Assembly (NCBI GenBank): GCA_039798325.1
Contig: JBDKGG010000002.1
Span: 4,640 to 68,639, forward strand
DNA length: 64,000 nt
Direction of reading: 5' to 3'
Source of the DNA: Bacteroidota bacterium
GTDB taxonomy: Bacteria > Bacteroidota > Bacteroidia > Flavobacteriales_D > Sanyastnellaceae
Below the pieces are notes generated by a model, which was not told where the DNA came from, did no database searches, and was given only the letters and a program-made list of their open reading frames with translations. Shown here one piece after another: positions 21,934 through 30,105 of the stretch. A program made the translations under genes and the position numbers. Numbering within the stretch: the stretch's first letter is position 1; every line of letters starts with the position of its first letter.

Positions 21934-22371
21934 ATGATGACTGGTATTCTACACTTACATTCTTTTTTGCGCTACGCCGCAGTGATATTGATCCTTTGGA
22001 CCATCGTTCATGCCTTCATGAACATGAAAAACAAAGATGCCGCCCCCAGCAAATGGTCCATGCTCAGCATGATGGTGCTGCACACCCAACTTATCCTTGG
22101 TCTGGTGCTTTGGTTCCAAAAATATCTCGCTGTCTCTGGAACTCCTGAAATGAAATTGGCTGAAAACCGCTATTTCATCATGGAACACAGCATGATGATG
22201 ATCATTGCCGTTATCCTTATTTCTGTGGGCCACATCAAAGGAAAAAAAGCAACCGACATGTCAGTACGCTACAAAACCATCTTCCGTTTCTTCATCATTG
22301 GGTTCATCATCATGATGGCGATGATTCCATGGCCCTTCTTGTCATTTGCACCTGACCGTGGTTGGTTTTAA
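21934..22371 (+). CDS. integral membrane protein (about 4 TM), unknown function
   Basis: 145 aa with four hydrophobic segments. Its stop lies one nt before the cytochrome c start, suggesting co-translation. Confidence 0.6.
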   Translation: MMTGILHLHSFLRYAAVILILWTIVHAFMNMKNKDAAPSKWSMLSMMVLHTQLILGLVLWFQKYLAVSGTPEMKLAENRYFIMEHSMMMIIAVILISVGHIKGKKATDMSVRYKTIFRFFIIGFIIMMAMIPWPFLSFAPDRGWF

Positions 22372-22372
22372 T

Positions 22373-22681
22373 ATGAAGAGCTGGATTTTACTTGGTTTTT
22401 CCCTCGTTGTCTTTTCATGCAACAACGGATCTCAGCCACATCAAGTGCAAGCCGTTAATGCCAAAGACATTTACACGACCCGCTGCGCAGGTTGCCATGG
22501 TCTGGATGGTCAATTGCAGCTTTCAGGTGCAAAAGCCCTTCCATCGTCCAACCTTTCCAAGGAAGACATCGTTGCCCAAATTCAAAAAGGCAAAGGCAAT
22601 ATGCCTCCTTTCGAAGATCGTCTGAGCCCCGCCGAGATCAAAGCTGTATCCGATTACGTGTTCAAAATGCGTCCACACTAA
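22373..22681 (+). CDS. class I c-type cytochrome lipoprotein
   Basis: The internal ATG at 22373 gives MKSWILLGFSLVVFSC (lipobox). Haem-binding CAGCHG and a distal Met (GNMPPF) are present. Confidence 0.85.
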   Translation: MKSWILLGFSLVVFSCNNGSQPHQVQAVNAKDIYTTRCAGCHGLDGQLQLSGAKALPSSNLSKEDIVAQIQKGKGNMPPFEDRLSPAEIKAVSDYVFKMRPH

Positions 22682-22684
22682 TCC

Positions 22685-23845
22685 ATGGCCAAAACTGTTG
22701 AAACAGCCAAGCCACGGGAGACCTGTGTATTGGTGGGCATCATTACCCAAACGCAAACCAGAAGGCTACTCACCGAATACTTGGATGAATTGGCTTTCTT
22801 GGCCGAAACCGCCAATGCCCTGACATTAGAACGTTTTACGCAATCCCTACCCCATCCGGATTCCCGAACTTTTGTGGGAACAGGAAAGATTGAAGAAATC
22901 AAAAACTATGTGCATGAACACGACGTGGACATGGTCATTTTTGATGATGAATTGGCTCCATCGCAATTGCGCAACTTAGAGCAGGTTTTTAATATTGAAG
23001 ACAAAAAGGTCAAAGTGTTGGACCGCAACAACCTCATCTTGGACATCTTTGCACGCAGAGCGCGCACTGCCCATGCCAAGGTGCAAGTAGAGCTGGCGCA
23101 ATACCAATATTTGCTCCCCCGCCTAACCCGAATGTGGTCGCATTTGGAAAGGCAGAAAGGAGGTATTGGTATGCGTGGTCCTGGTGAACAAGAAATTGAA
23201 ACCGACCGACGTATCGTGCGTGACCGCATCTCCTTCTTGAAAAAAGAATTGGCTGTCATTGATCGCCAAAAGAAAACACAACGCAGCAACCGAGGCGATA
23301 TGCCCCGCTTGGCACTGGTTGGCTACACCAACGTGGGCAAATCCACATTGATGAACGCCCTCAGCAAAAGCGATGTTTTTGCAGAAAACAAACTATTTGC
23401 GACGCTGGATACCACGGTTCGAAAAATTGTACTAGAAAACAAACCATTCTTGCTCACCGATACCGTTGGATTTATCCGAAAACTTCCGCATGATCTGATA
23501 GAATCTTTCAAATCAACTTTGGATGAAGTAAGAGAAGCCGACATCCTCATTCACGTAGTAGATGTCTCCCACCCCCAATTTGAAGACCACATTCGAGTGG
23601 TAAATGACACCTTGAAGGACATTGACTGCGGGGATAAAAAATCGCTTTTGCTCTTCAATAAAATGGATGCTTTTCAACCAGAACATGACGAAGCCAGTTT
23701 GGAAGAGCCGATGAGCAAGGAAGAAACCTTGTTGTATTTAAAGAAAACATGGATGGCCAAAATGCAATCCGATGTTCTCTTTATTTCTGCTCAGAATAAA
23801 ATCAATTTGGATGAATTAAGGGCTTGGATTGTTGATCACATTTGA
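22685..23845 (+). CDS. hflX: GTPase HflX
   Basis: 386 aa with the HflX N-domain followed by G motifs GYTNVGKST, DTVGF and NKMD. Confidence 0.92.
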   Translation: MAKTVETAKPRETCVLVGIITQTQTRRLLTEYLDELAFLAETANALTLERFTQSLPHPDSRTFVGTGKIEEIKNYVHEHDVDMVIFDDELAPSQLRNLEQVFNIEDKKVKVLDRNNLILDIFARRARTAHAKVQVELAQYQYLLPRLTRMWSHLERQKGGIGMRGPGEQEIETDRRIVRDRISFLKKELAVIDRQKKTQRSNRGDMPRLALVGYTNVGKSTLMNALSKSDVFAENKLFATLDTTVRKIVLENKPFLLTDTVGFIRKLPHDLIESFKSTLDEVREADILIHVVDVSHPQFEDHIRVVNDTLKDIDCGDKKSLLLFNKMDAFQPEHDEASLEEPMSKEETLLYLKKTWMAKMQSDVLFISAQNKINLDELRAWIVDHI

Positions 23846-24931
23846 TCACACGGCCTCATCTCCCTTTTTCATTTTGATGTCGTTCACAAAAGTTTTGATC
23901 TTTTGTTCGTCTTCCAACTTGCACACCAAAAGTGTGTTGCCAGAATCCACGACAATGTAACCATTCAATCCGTGCAAGACCACCTGCTTGTTGTCCGGCA
24001 TGTGCACGACATTGTTGCTGCAATGGTACAAACTCACATTCTTTCCTACGACACCATTGCGGTGCTCATCGTGCTTCAATTGTCCATGCAATGAGCCCCA
24101 AGTGCCCAAATCACTCCAACCGAAATCACTCAACACCACATTGACATTCTTGGCCTTCTCCATAATCCCATAATCGATGCTGATGTTCTCACAGGCCGAG
24201 TACATGCCATTGATAAAGGCCTGCTCTTGCGGGGTGCCGTATACGGATTGTCCCTCTGCAAAAGCCTTATTCATGTCGGGTAAAAACTGCTCAAATGCCG
24301 CAACGATGGCACCTACTTTCCAAATGAAAATCCCGCTGTTCCAAGAAAAATCACCACTGGCCAAAAAATCCTTGGCCAACTCCAAATCAGGTTTCTCGGT
24401 AAAGGTTTTCACACGCTTTACACGATCATTGTTGGCCGAGGTATCGTCTGCCCATTGAATGTATCCGTAGCCGGTATCAGGTCGCGTGGGCTTAATGCCC
24501 AAAGTCACCAACTGTCCTTTCTCCGATTGTTCAAAAGCAATCTGAATCGTTTCTTCGAATTGCGTTGTATTTAAAATCAAATGATCCGAGGGAGCCACCA
24601 CCATGCGCGCATCGGGATTGGCTGCTTGAATGCGGTGTGCAGCATAAGCCACACATGGCGCAGTGTTGCGCATGTAGGGTTCACACAATATTTGTTCTGG
24701 CCTCAAATCAGGAAGTTGTTCTTGCACCAATTCGCGGTAACGCTCATTGGTCACAATAAAGATATTCTCTGTAGGACAAAGCGGTTGAAAACGATCAAAA
24801 GTCTGTTGAATGAGGGTTCTTCCAACACCCAATATATCGTGAAATTGCTTGGGAAAAGCCGTGCGGCTCATGGGCCAGAATCGTGAGCCGATTCCACCTG
24901 CCATGATCACACAATAATTGTTCTTGTTCAT
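23846..24931 (-). CDS. mannose-1-phosphate guanylyltransferase
   Basis: 361 aa with MAGGIGSRFWPMSR and the GYGYI motif. Confidence 0.85.
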   Translation of the reverse strand: MNKNNYCVIMAGGIGSRFWPMSRTAFPKQFHDILGVGRTLIQQTFDRFQPLCPTENIFIVTNERYRELVQEQLPDLRPEQILCEPYMRNTAPCVAYAAHRIQAANPDARMVVAPSDHLILNTTQFEETIQIAFEQSEKGQLVTLGIKPTRPDTGYGYIQWADDTSANNDRVKRVKTFTEKPDLELAKDFLASGDFSWNSGIFIWKVGAIVAAFEQFLPDMNKAFAEGQSVYGTPQEQAFINGMYSACENISIDYGIMEKAKNVNVVLSDFGWSDLGTWGSLHGQLKHDEHRNGVVGKNVSLYHCSNNVVHMPDNKQVVLHGLNGYIVVDSGNTLLVCKLEDEQKIKTFVNDIKMKKGDEAV

Positions 24932-24978
24932 TGGTTACTTAAAGGTACAAAAGTAATACATCCCCTCCTTTGAGAGGA

Positions 24979-25383
24979 TCACAGAATCGTCAAGATTCGG
25001 GTGTCCCCTTGGCGCTCAATTTGCCAACGTATGGGATTTTCATAAAAAGGCTCTCCCAAGGTTGGCCATTCGATAAAATGGTAATCCGCCGAGTCCAAAA
25101 GGTCTTGAAATCCTATTTCCATCAACTCCTCCACGCTGTTGATGCGGTACAAATCATAATGGTGGATCCTCTTTCCCCCAGGGGTTGAATAAACATTGCA
25201 AATGCTGTAAGTAGGGCTGCTCACCTCATGGACTCCCCATTGTTTCAACAATTCCGAAATCAGGGTTGTCTTTCCCGTTCCCATTTCTGCCTCCAACAAA
25301 ACTACCGCCTTTTGCGGAAGTCCTTCTGTCAGGGACTGAGCCACTTGGCTGATTTGGTCCAAGGTATATTGCAAACTGCTCAT
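24979..25383 (-). CDS. tsaE: tRNA t6A biosynthesis ATPase TsaE
   Basis: 134 aa with Walker A GTGKTTL and the SPTYSI motif. Confidence 0.85.
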   Translation of the reverse strand: MSSLQYTLDQISQVAQSLTEGLPQKAVVLLEAEMGTGKTTLISELLKQWGVHEVSSPTYSICNVYSTPGGKRIHHYDLYRINSVEELMEIGFQDLLDSADYHFIEWPTLGEPFYENPIRWQIERQGDTRILTIL

Positions 25384-26936
25384 TTGGCTTGTAAGACAAC
25401 AAAGGGAATCAATACTTCTTCCAAACTGATGCCGCCATGCTGAAAAGTATTGCGATAATGGGTAACAAAGTGATTGAAGTTGTTGGGGTAAACAAAATAT
25501 CCTTTTGACTTGGCAAAAACATACGAGCTGCTCAGCTGTGGGCGGGGCAAATGGGCCGAGGCCGGATCTTTCACTTCGAAAACATCCTTTGTATTATAGT
25601 TCAAATTCTTACCCACCTTATACCGCAAATTGGTATTGGTGGCCTTGTCGCCAACTATTTTGATGGGGTCTTCCACCCGAACCGTTCCATGGTCGGTGGT
25701 GATGATGACACGTGCCTTTTGTTCCGCCATCTTTTCCAACATTTCACGCAGTGGACTATGCTCAAACCAGGATTTGGTCAAGGACAAATACGCCGGGGTA
25801 TCTTCTGCCAATTCTTTGATGACCTCCATTTCACTTCGCGCATGGCTGAGCATGTCGACAAAATTGTATACAATGACATTCAAATCATTTTGCTTCAAGT
25901 TGGAGATTTGATCCACCAATTTTTTTCCAAACTGATTCTGCACCACCTTGTGGTAGCTGGTTTTGATGTTCAATCCCAAGCGCTTCAATTGGGCCTGAAG
26001 GAAGTCGTGCTCATGCTCGTTCTTTGAACCCTCTTCGTCCTCCTCTTTCCACCACTGCGGATGCAGCTTCTGCATCTCCGTGGGCAGCAATCCTGAAAAC
26101 ATGGCATTTCGCGCATACATCGTGGCTGTGGGCAAAATGGAATAATAGATGTCTTCTTCCTCTGTTCTATACAAATCCTTCAAGAAAGGCGCAATGATCT
26201 TCCATTGATCATAACGCAAATTGTCAATGACCACCCAATACAAGGGCTGGCCGGGCTGCACCAAAGATTTTATTTTCTTATTGAACAACGTATGCGACAT
26301 GACAGGCGCCTCCGTCTTGGCATTGATCCAATCCAAATAACGCTGCTCGTAAAACTTGACAAATTGTTGATTGGCTTCAATCTTTTGCGTTTGAAGAATC
26401 TCTTTCATGGATTCCTCACTGGTCTGCGACAACTCTGTTGTCCAATAAACCAATTTTTTCATGAACTCCTTCCATTCGTCTGCATTCATGGACTGACCCA
26501 GCTGCATAGAAATTTCGCGAAACTCTTGTCGATAATCTTGGGTGGTTTTCTCCTGAATCAAGCGTTTGTCGTCCAGACTTTTCTTGATGCTCAATAAAAT
26601 TTGGTTGGGGTTGACCGGCTTGATGAGGTAATCAGCGATTTTAGACCCAATGGCATCTTCCATGATGTGCTCTTCCTCGCTCTTGGTGATCATCACCACC
26701 GGGAGGTCGGCATTCAAGGCTTTAATCTCTTGAAGGGCCTGCAAACCGGAGATACCCGGCATGTTTTCATCCAAAAAAACCAAATCGAAAGCGCGTTCTT
26801 TGACCAAGGATACCGCCTCTCTTCCGTTGTTCACTGTAGTCACTTCATATCCTTTTTGCTCTAAAAACAGCACATGCGGTTTGAGCAATTCAATCTCATC
26901 ATCCGCCCACAATATCATTGGTTTCATTGACTTCAT
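25380..26936 (-). CDS. porX: PorX-type response regulator (receiver + PglZ/alkaline-phosphatase-like domain)
   Basis: Receiver domain (ILWADDEIELLKPHVLFLEQKGY...LVFLDENMPGISG) fused to a long PglZ-like domain. ATGA overlap with tsaE. The start is taken at the ATG at 26936, but 26927 and 26918 are also possible. Confidence 0.82.
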   Translation of the reverse strand: MKSMKPMILWADDEIELLKPHVLFLEQKGYEVTTVNNGREAVSLVKERAFDLVFLDENMPGISGLQALQEIKALNADLPVVMITKSEEEHIMEDAIGSKIADYLIKPVNPNQILLSIKKSLDDKRLIQEKTTQDYRQEFREISMQLGQSMNADEWKEFMKKLVYWTTELSQTSEESMKEILQTQKIEANQQFVKFYEQRYLDWINAKTEAPVMSHTLFNKKIKSLVQPGQPLYWVVIDNLRYDQWKIIAPFLKDLYRTEEEDIYYSILPTATMYARNAMFSGLLPTEMQKLHPQWWKEEDEEGSKNEHEHDFLQAQLKRLGLNIKTSYHKVVQNQFGKKLVDQISNLKQNDLNVIVYNFVDMLSHARSEMEVIKELAEDTPAYLSLTKSWFEHSPLREMLEKMAEQKARVIITTDHGTVRVEDPIKIVGDKATNTNLRYKVGKNLNYNTKDVFEVKDPASAHLPRPQLSSSYVFAKSKGYFVYPNNFNHFVTHYRNTFQHGGISLEEVLIPFVVLQAK

Positions 26937-26955
26937 CAACGCAAAGGTATGGGGA

Positions 26956-28173
26956 TTATTGCGCCACAAACCACTTCCGCACTTCGCGGGTCATGGGGGC
27001 CAAGCTCAAATGATCGCTGACTTCTGCCGCATTGCGCACACTGCCGTCTTTCATTTTGATGAGAATGATGTCTCCACTTTGACTGTAAGCACGGTTGGCC
27101 GCTTCTCCGGTCATCACAAAATAGGCTGCCTCGTGCTCGCCAATTCCCCGCTCATTCGCCACTTCCGCTAAGCGCGCTTGAAGCGCCTCAGGCGAAATGG
27201 GCTCGGTAAGAATTTGTATTTTAAACAGCTTTCGTTGCACCAATTTCTGGGACAATTCTTTTAAGACAACATCATCATGGTGTTGCCAAACTTTGAGTGC
27301 GCTCAATACATCTTGATCATCCAATTCCAAAAAGGTGCTCAGTGCTTTGGGGTGCTCGAAAAAAGAAGTTTTGGTAAAGTTTTGTTGCAGGAAAAAAGCC
27401 AATGCCGGCGTACTCCAAACCGATTGACCTTGCTCCACCAACTCCTTGGCCCGCTTGAGCACATTGACCAACATGTATTCTGCGCTCAATACTGTTTTGT
27501 GCAAATACACTTGCCAATACATGAAACGGCGCGCGACAATGAATTTCTCAATGCTGTAAATGCCTTTCTCTTCGACGACCAATTGATTGTCCACCACATC
27601 CATCATCTTGATGATGCGTTCGCTGCCCACTTGACCTTCGACAACGCCTGAGAAGAAACTGTCACGGGCCAGGTAGTCCAATCGATCCATGTCCAATTGA
27701 GAGCTGACCAGGCTGTGCATAAAAGCTTTGGGGTGTTTGTTGTTAAAGATGTCAATGGCCAATTGCAAACCGCCGTGGAGCTCACGGTTCATTTGGTCCA
27801 TCAAACCAGCGCTGATGTCCTCATGGTGCACACCACCGACAATGCTGTGTTCCAAGGCATGACTGTATGGACCATGGCCAATATCGTGGAGTAAAATGGC
27901 GGCCAATAAACCTTCTTCTTCCGCTTTGGTGATTTCCACGCCACGCACGCGCAGCTCATCAACGGCATTTTGCATCAGGTGCATGGCTCCGAGGGCGTGT
28001 TGAAAACGATTGTGAATGGCGCCAGGATAAACCAAGTGACTCAATCCCAATTGGCTGATGCGGCGCAAACGTTGGAAGGCGGGGTGGTTGATGAGTTGAA
28101 AAATAAAAGGATGGCGCACAGTGATAAAACCGTAGACCGGGTCGTTGATTATTTTTCGAAAGAGTTGGGCCAT
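26956..28173 (-). CDS. HD-domain phosphohydrolase (COG1078/SAMHD1-like)
   Basis: The start was moved to the ATG at 28173 (MAQLFRKIINDPVYGFITV...). The motif HNRFQHALGAMHL...LLHDIGHGPYSH is present. The upstream extension in the ORF track merely translates the repeat element. Confidence 0.85.
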   Translation of the reverse strand: MAQLFRKIINDPVYGFITVRHPFIFQLINHPAFQRLRRISQLGLSHLVYPGAIHNRFQHALGAMHLMQNAVDELRVRGVEITKAEEEGLLAAILLHDIGHGPYSHALEHSIVGGVHHEDISAGLMDQMNRELHGGLQLAIDIFNNKHPKAFMHSLVSSQLDMDRLDYLARDSFFSGVVEGQVGSERIIKMMDVVDNQLVVEEKGIYSIEKFIVARRFMYWQVYLHKTVLSAEYMLVNVLKRAKELVEQGQSVWSTPALAFFLQQNFTKTSFFEHPKALSTFLELDDQDVLSALKVWQHHDDVVLKELSQKLVQRKLFKIQILTEPISPEALQARLAEVANERGIGEHEAAYFVMTGEAANRAYSQSGDIILIKMKDGSVRNAAEVSDHLSLAPMTREVRKWFVAQ

Positions 28174-28236
28174 GGTGATAATTGAATCAGCCACAAAGAT
28201 AATGGGAAGTCCGCCACTCCGAAGCCAGCAGCTTAA

Positions 28237-28318
28237 CAGAAAGAAAAACAGAAACAGAGCGGAAAAGAATAACAACTTGACTCCTCATCCCTTCATCACC
28301 TCATCACCTCATCCCCTT
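28237..28318. repeat. direct repeat copy A (62-bp unique part + 8-bp microsatellite, about 4 units)
   Basis: cagaaagaaaaacagaaacagagcggaaaagaataacaacttgactcctcatcccttcatc followed by acctcatc acctcatc ccctt. It matches 28860..28973 apart from 2 single-nt indels, 1 substitution and the number of octamer units. Confidence 0.85.
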
Positions 28319-28372
28319 TATGCGCATAATTTATAGGTTGCCTATTTTGACCAATGGGTTGACTTTTGTAAA

Positions 28373-28801
28373 ATGGAAAATAATCTGGACAACGTCAACA
28401 AAAATATTTCTAAACAAATCCGCCTTATTCAAGGTCAATTTATACTCCTAGACTCAGATTTAGCGCAATTCTTTGGAATAGAAACAAAAGTCCTTAATCA
28501 AGCCGCAACAAGAAATATCAAACGGTTTCCCAAATCATTTCGTTTTCAACTGAGTCAATCTGAGTTCGATCTTTTGAAGTCACAAATTGTGACTTCAAAA
28601 GGAGGGGTAAGAAAACTTCCATGGGCCCAATATCCGTTCACAGAAATCCGCACTTTAAAACACGTTCACGATAGATTTCTCATTCTTGACAATCAATCAT
28701 TGTATCACCTTGGCGCATCGCTCAAAGATTTGGGAAAGCGATGGTTTGCCTTTTCTAGGATGGATGATTTGTTGGATGATGTTTTAAAGCGACTCGCTTG
28801 A
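28373..28801 (+). CDS. ORF6N (KilA-N-related) domain protein with short C-terminal HDRF...GAS module
   Basis: 142 aa. The N-terminus IRLIQGQFILLDSDLAQFFGIETKVLNQAATRNIKRFPKSFRFQLS is a typical ORF6N domain. The C-terminus is HVHDRFLILDNQSLYHLGASLKDLGKRWFAFS. Confidence 0.72.
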   Translation: MENNLDNVNKNISKQIRLIQGQFILLDSDLAQFFGIETKVLNQAATRNIKRFPKSFRFQLSQSEFDLLKSQIVTSKGGVRKLPWAQYPFTEIRTLKHVHDRFLILDNQSLYHLGASLKDLGKRWFAFSRMDDLLDDVLKRLA

Positions 28802-28859
28802 TACCTCACCTGTACATCAAATCAAAAATGATGACGCTCCGCTAGAGTTCGAAAATTTT

Positions 28860-28973
28860 CAGAAAGAAAAAACAGAAACAGAGCGAAAAGAATGACAACT
28901 TGACTCCTCATCCCTTCATCTCCTCATCTCCTCATCACTTCATCTCCTCATCACTTCATCTCTTCATCCCCTT
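28860..28973. repeat. direct repeat copy B (61-bp unique part + 8-bp microsatellite, about 8 units)
   Basis: It has the same unique sequence as copy A, followed by tcctcatc tcctcatc acttcatc tcctcatc acttcatc tcttcatc ccctt. It abuts the stop codon (28975) of the lipoprotein gene. Confidence 0.85.
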
Positions 28974-28974
28974 C

Positions 28975-29487
28975 TCACCAAGAATACGTCACCGCCACAT
29001 CCACGGACATGCTGCCGGAAGTAAAGGTGAGGACACTGGGGAAGTAGGTTCCCGATTGATAGGGCTTGAAAGGAACGACGCCCATTTGATCATCGGGATT
29101 GATGAAAGTTCCACCGTCGTTGTCGTAAAGGACAATGTTATAGGTCATGGTGGGGTAAAGAATATCCACGGGAGTGGTGGGATTGAAACTGTATGAACCC
29201 GTGGCCGACGCATCTTCGTAGTAGGTGGTGGCGCGCCAAATTTCGTTGGTAGTGCTTTCGCCGGTGATGGCGATGTAGATGTCACCGCTATTGCCGATGT
29301 CCCATTGACTACCGTTGGGATCGTTGGCCGCAAAGCTGTTGACCGTAACCTTGGTGATGGTCATTTTCACCGGAGTTTTCTCCACATCACAATTGGAACC
29401 GGTATAGCCTTCTTCACAGGTTTTTTGGCATCCAGAAAAGGATAGTAGGGCAATGATAGCGATAACCAAAAAGTATAACTTTTTCAT
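28975..29487 (-). CDS. lipoprotein, unknown function (EGF-like Cys motif + beta-rich domain)
   Basis: The internal ATG at 29487 gives MKKLYFLVIAIIALLSFSGC (lipobox), followed by CEEGYTGSNC. The acidic loop VLYDNDGGTFINPDDQMG is also present. Confidence 0.6.
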   Translation of the reverse strand: MKKLYFLVIAIIALLSFSGCQKTCEEGYTGSNCDVEKTPVKMTITKVTVNSFAANDPNGSQWDIGNSGDIYIAITGESTTNEIWRATTYYEDASATGSYSFNPTTPVDILYPTMTYNIVLYDNDGGTFINPDDQMGVVPFKPYQSGTYFPSVLTFTSGSMSVDVAVTYSW

Positions 29488-29542
29488 TGTGTAAGGATTT
29501 AGTGTAAAAATAAGGAAGAAAAGGGAATGAAATGAGCGGTAT

Positions 29543-29568
29543 AAAAAAATCCCCAATGAAGGGGATTT
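29543..29568 (-). terminator. rho-independent terminator after 29599..30045
   Basis: On the minus strand: AAATCCCC-ttcatt-GGGGATTT followed by a T-run. Confidence 0.6.
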
Positions 29569-29598
29569 GTAACTCGAAAACAAAATTGACAAAGGGCA

Positions 29599-30045
29599 TT
29601 ACAGATTTAACTCATAGGACGTGCAGCGTTCTCCATCAAAATTAATGGTACCCTCCCACCATGTATATCCATCTTCATCGACAACAGAGAAAGAGTAGCC
29701 TTTGGTTTTGTTCGTTCCCAAATCTTTGGTTACTGTGATAGAACTATTTTGGCCACAAGTTGGGGCGCTTGTCCAATACTGAGAAGCCGCATTGGAACCT
29801 ACGAATTGACCATCCACGTAATACTTAAGGGTTGAAGCCAATCCAGTTGTGGAAATGTAAGATGCGCTAGTCTGATTTACCCAAAACACCACCTCACCTG
29901 AATAGGTGCAACAATTGCAATCCTTTTTTGCATCTTCATTGTAATTGGTTGCTTGGGGATTCATGCAACCTTCTTTTTTTGCACAACCCATGTTGGTCAT
30001 TGCTCCGATGGTCAAAGCCATCATCCATAAAATTGTTTTTTTCAT
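29599..30045 (-). CDS. lipoprotein, unknown function
   Basis: 148 aa, MKKTILWMMALTIGAMTNMGC, followed by a Cys-rich CMNPQATNYNEDAKKDCNCC motif and a beta-rich body. Confidence 0.6.
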   Translation of the reverse strand: MKKTILWMMALTIGAMTNMGCAKKEGCMNPQATNYNEDAKKDCNCCTYSGEVVFWVNQTSASYISTTGLASTLKYYVDGQFVGSNAASQYWTSAPTCGQNSSITVTKDLGTNKTKGYSFSVVDEDGYTWWEGTINFDGERCTSYELNL

Positions 30046-30105
30046 ATGATTTTTGTTTTTAGTTATTTCCTATAAATTGAATATGCTTGATCCTGAGCAA
30101 CTCCA

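Noticed and set aside
25380-28173. The PglZ-domain gene next to an HD-domain gene could be a BREX- or PglZ-based phage-defence fragment.
   Set aside because: - The PglZ domain is fused to a receiver domain, which is the PorX architecture.
- It sits in the conserved tsaE neighbourhood.
- No PglX methyltransferase, BrxC ATPase, BrxA/B or Lon-like genes are present.
28281-28973. The octamer tandem repeats might be a CRISPR array or a coding repeat (track ORF 28900..29196, MTPHPFISSSPHHFISSS...).
   Set aside because: - The units are only 8 bp, with no spacers.
- The ORF lies antisense to a well-supported lipoprotein gene and mostly translates the microsatellite.
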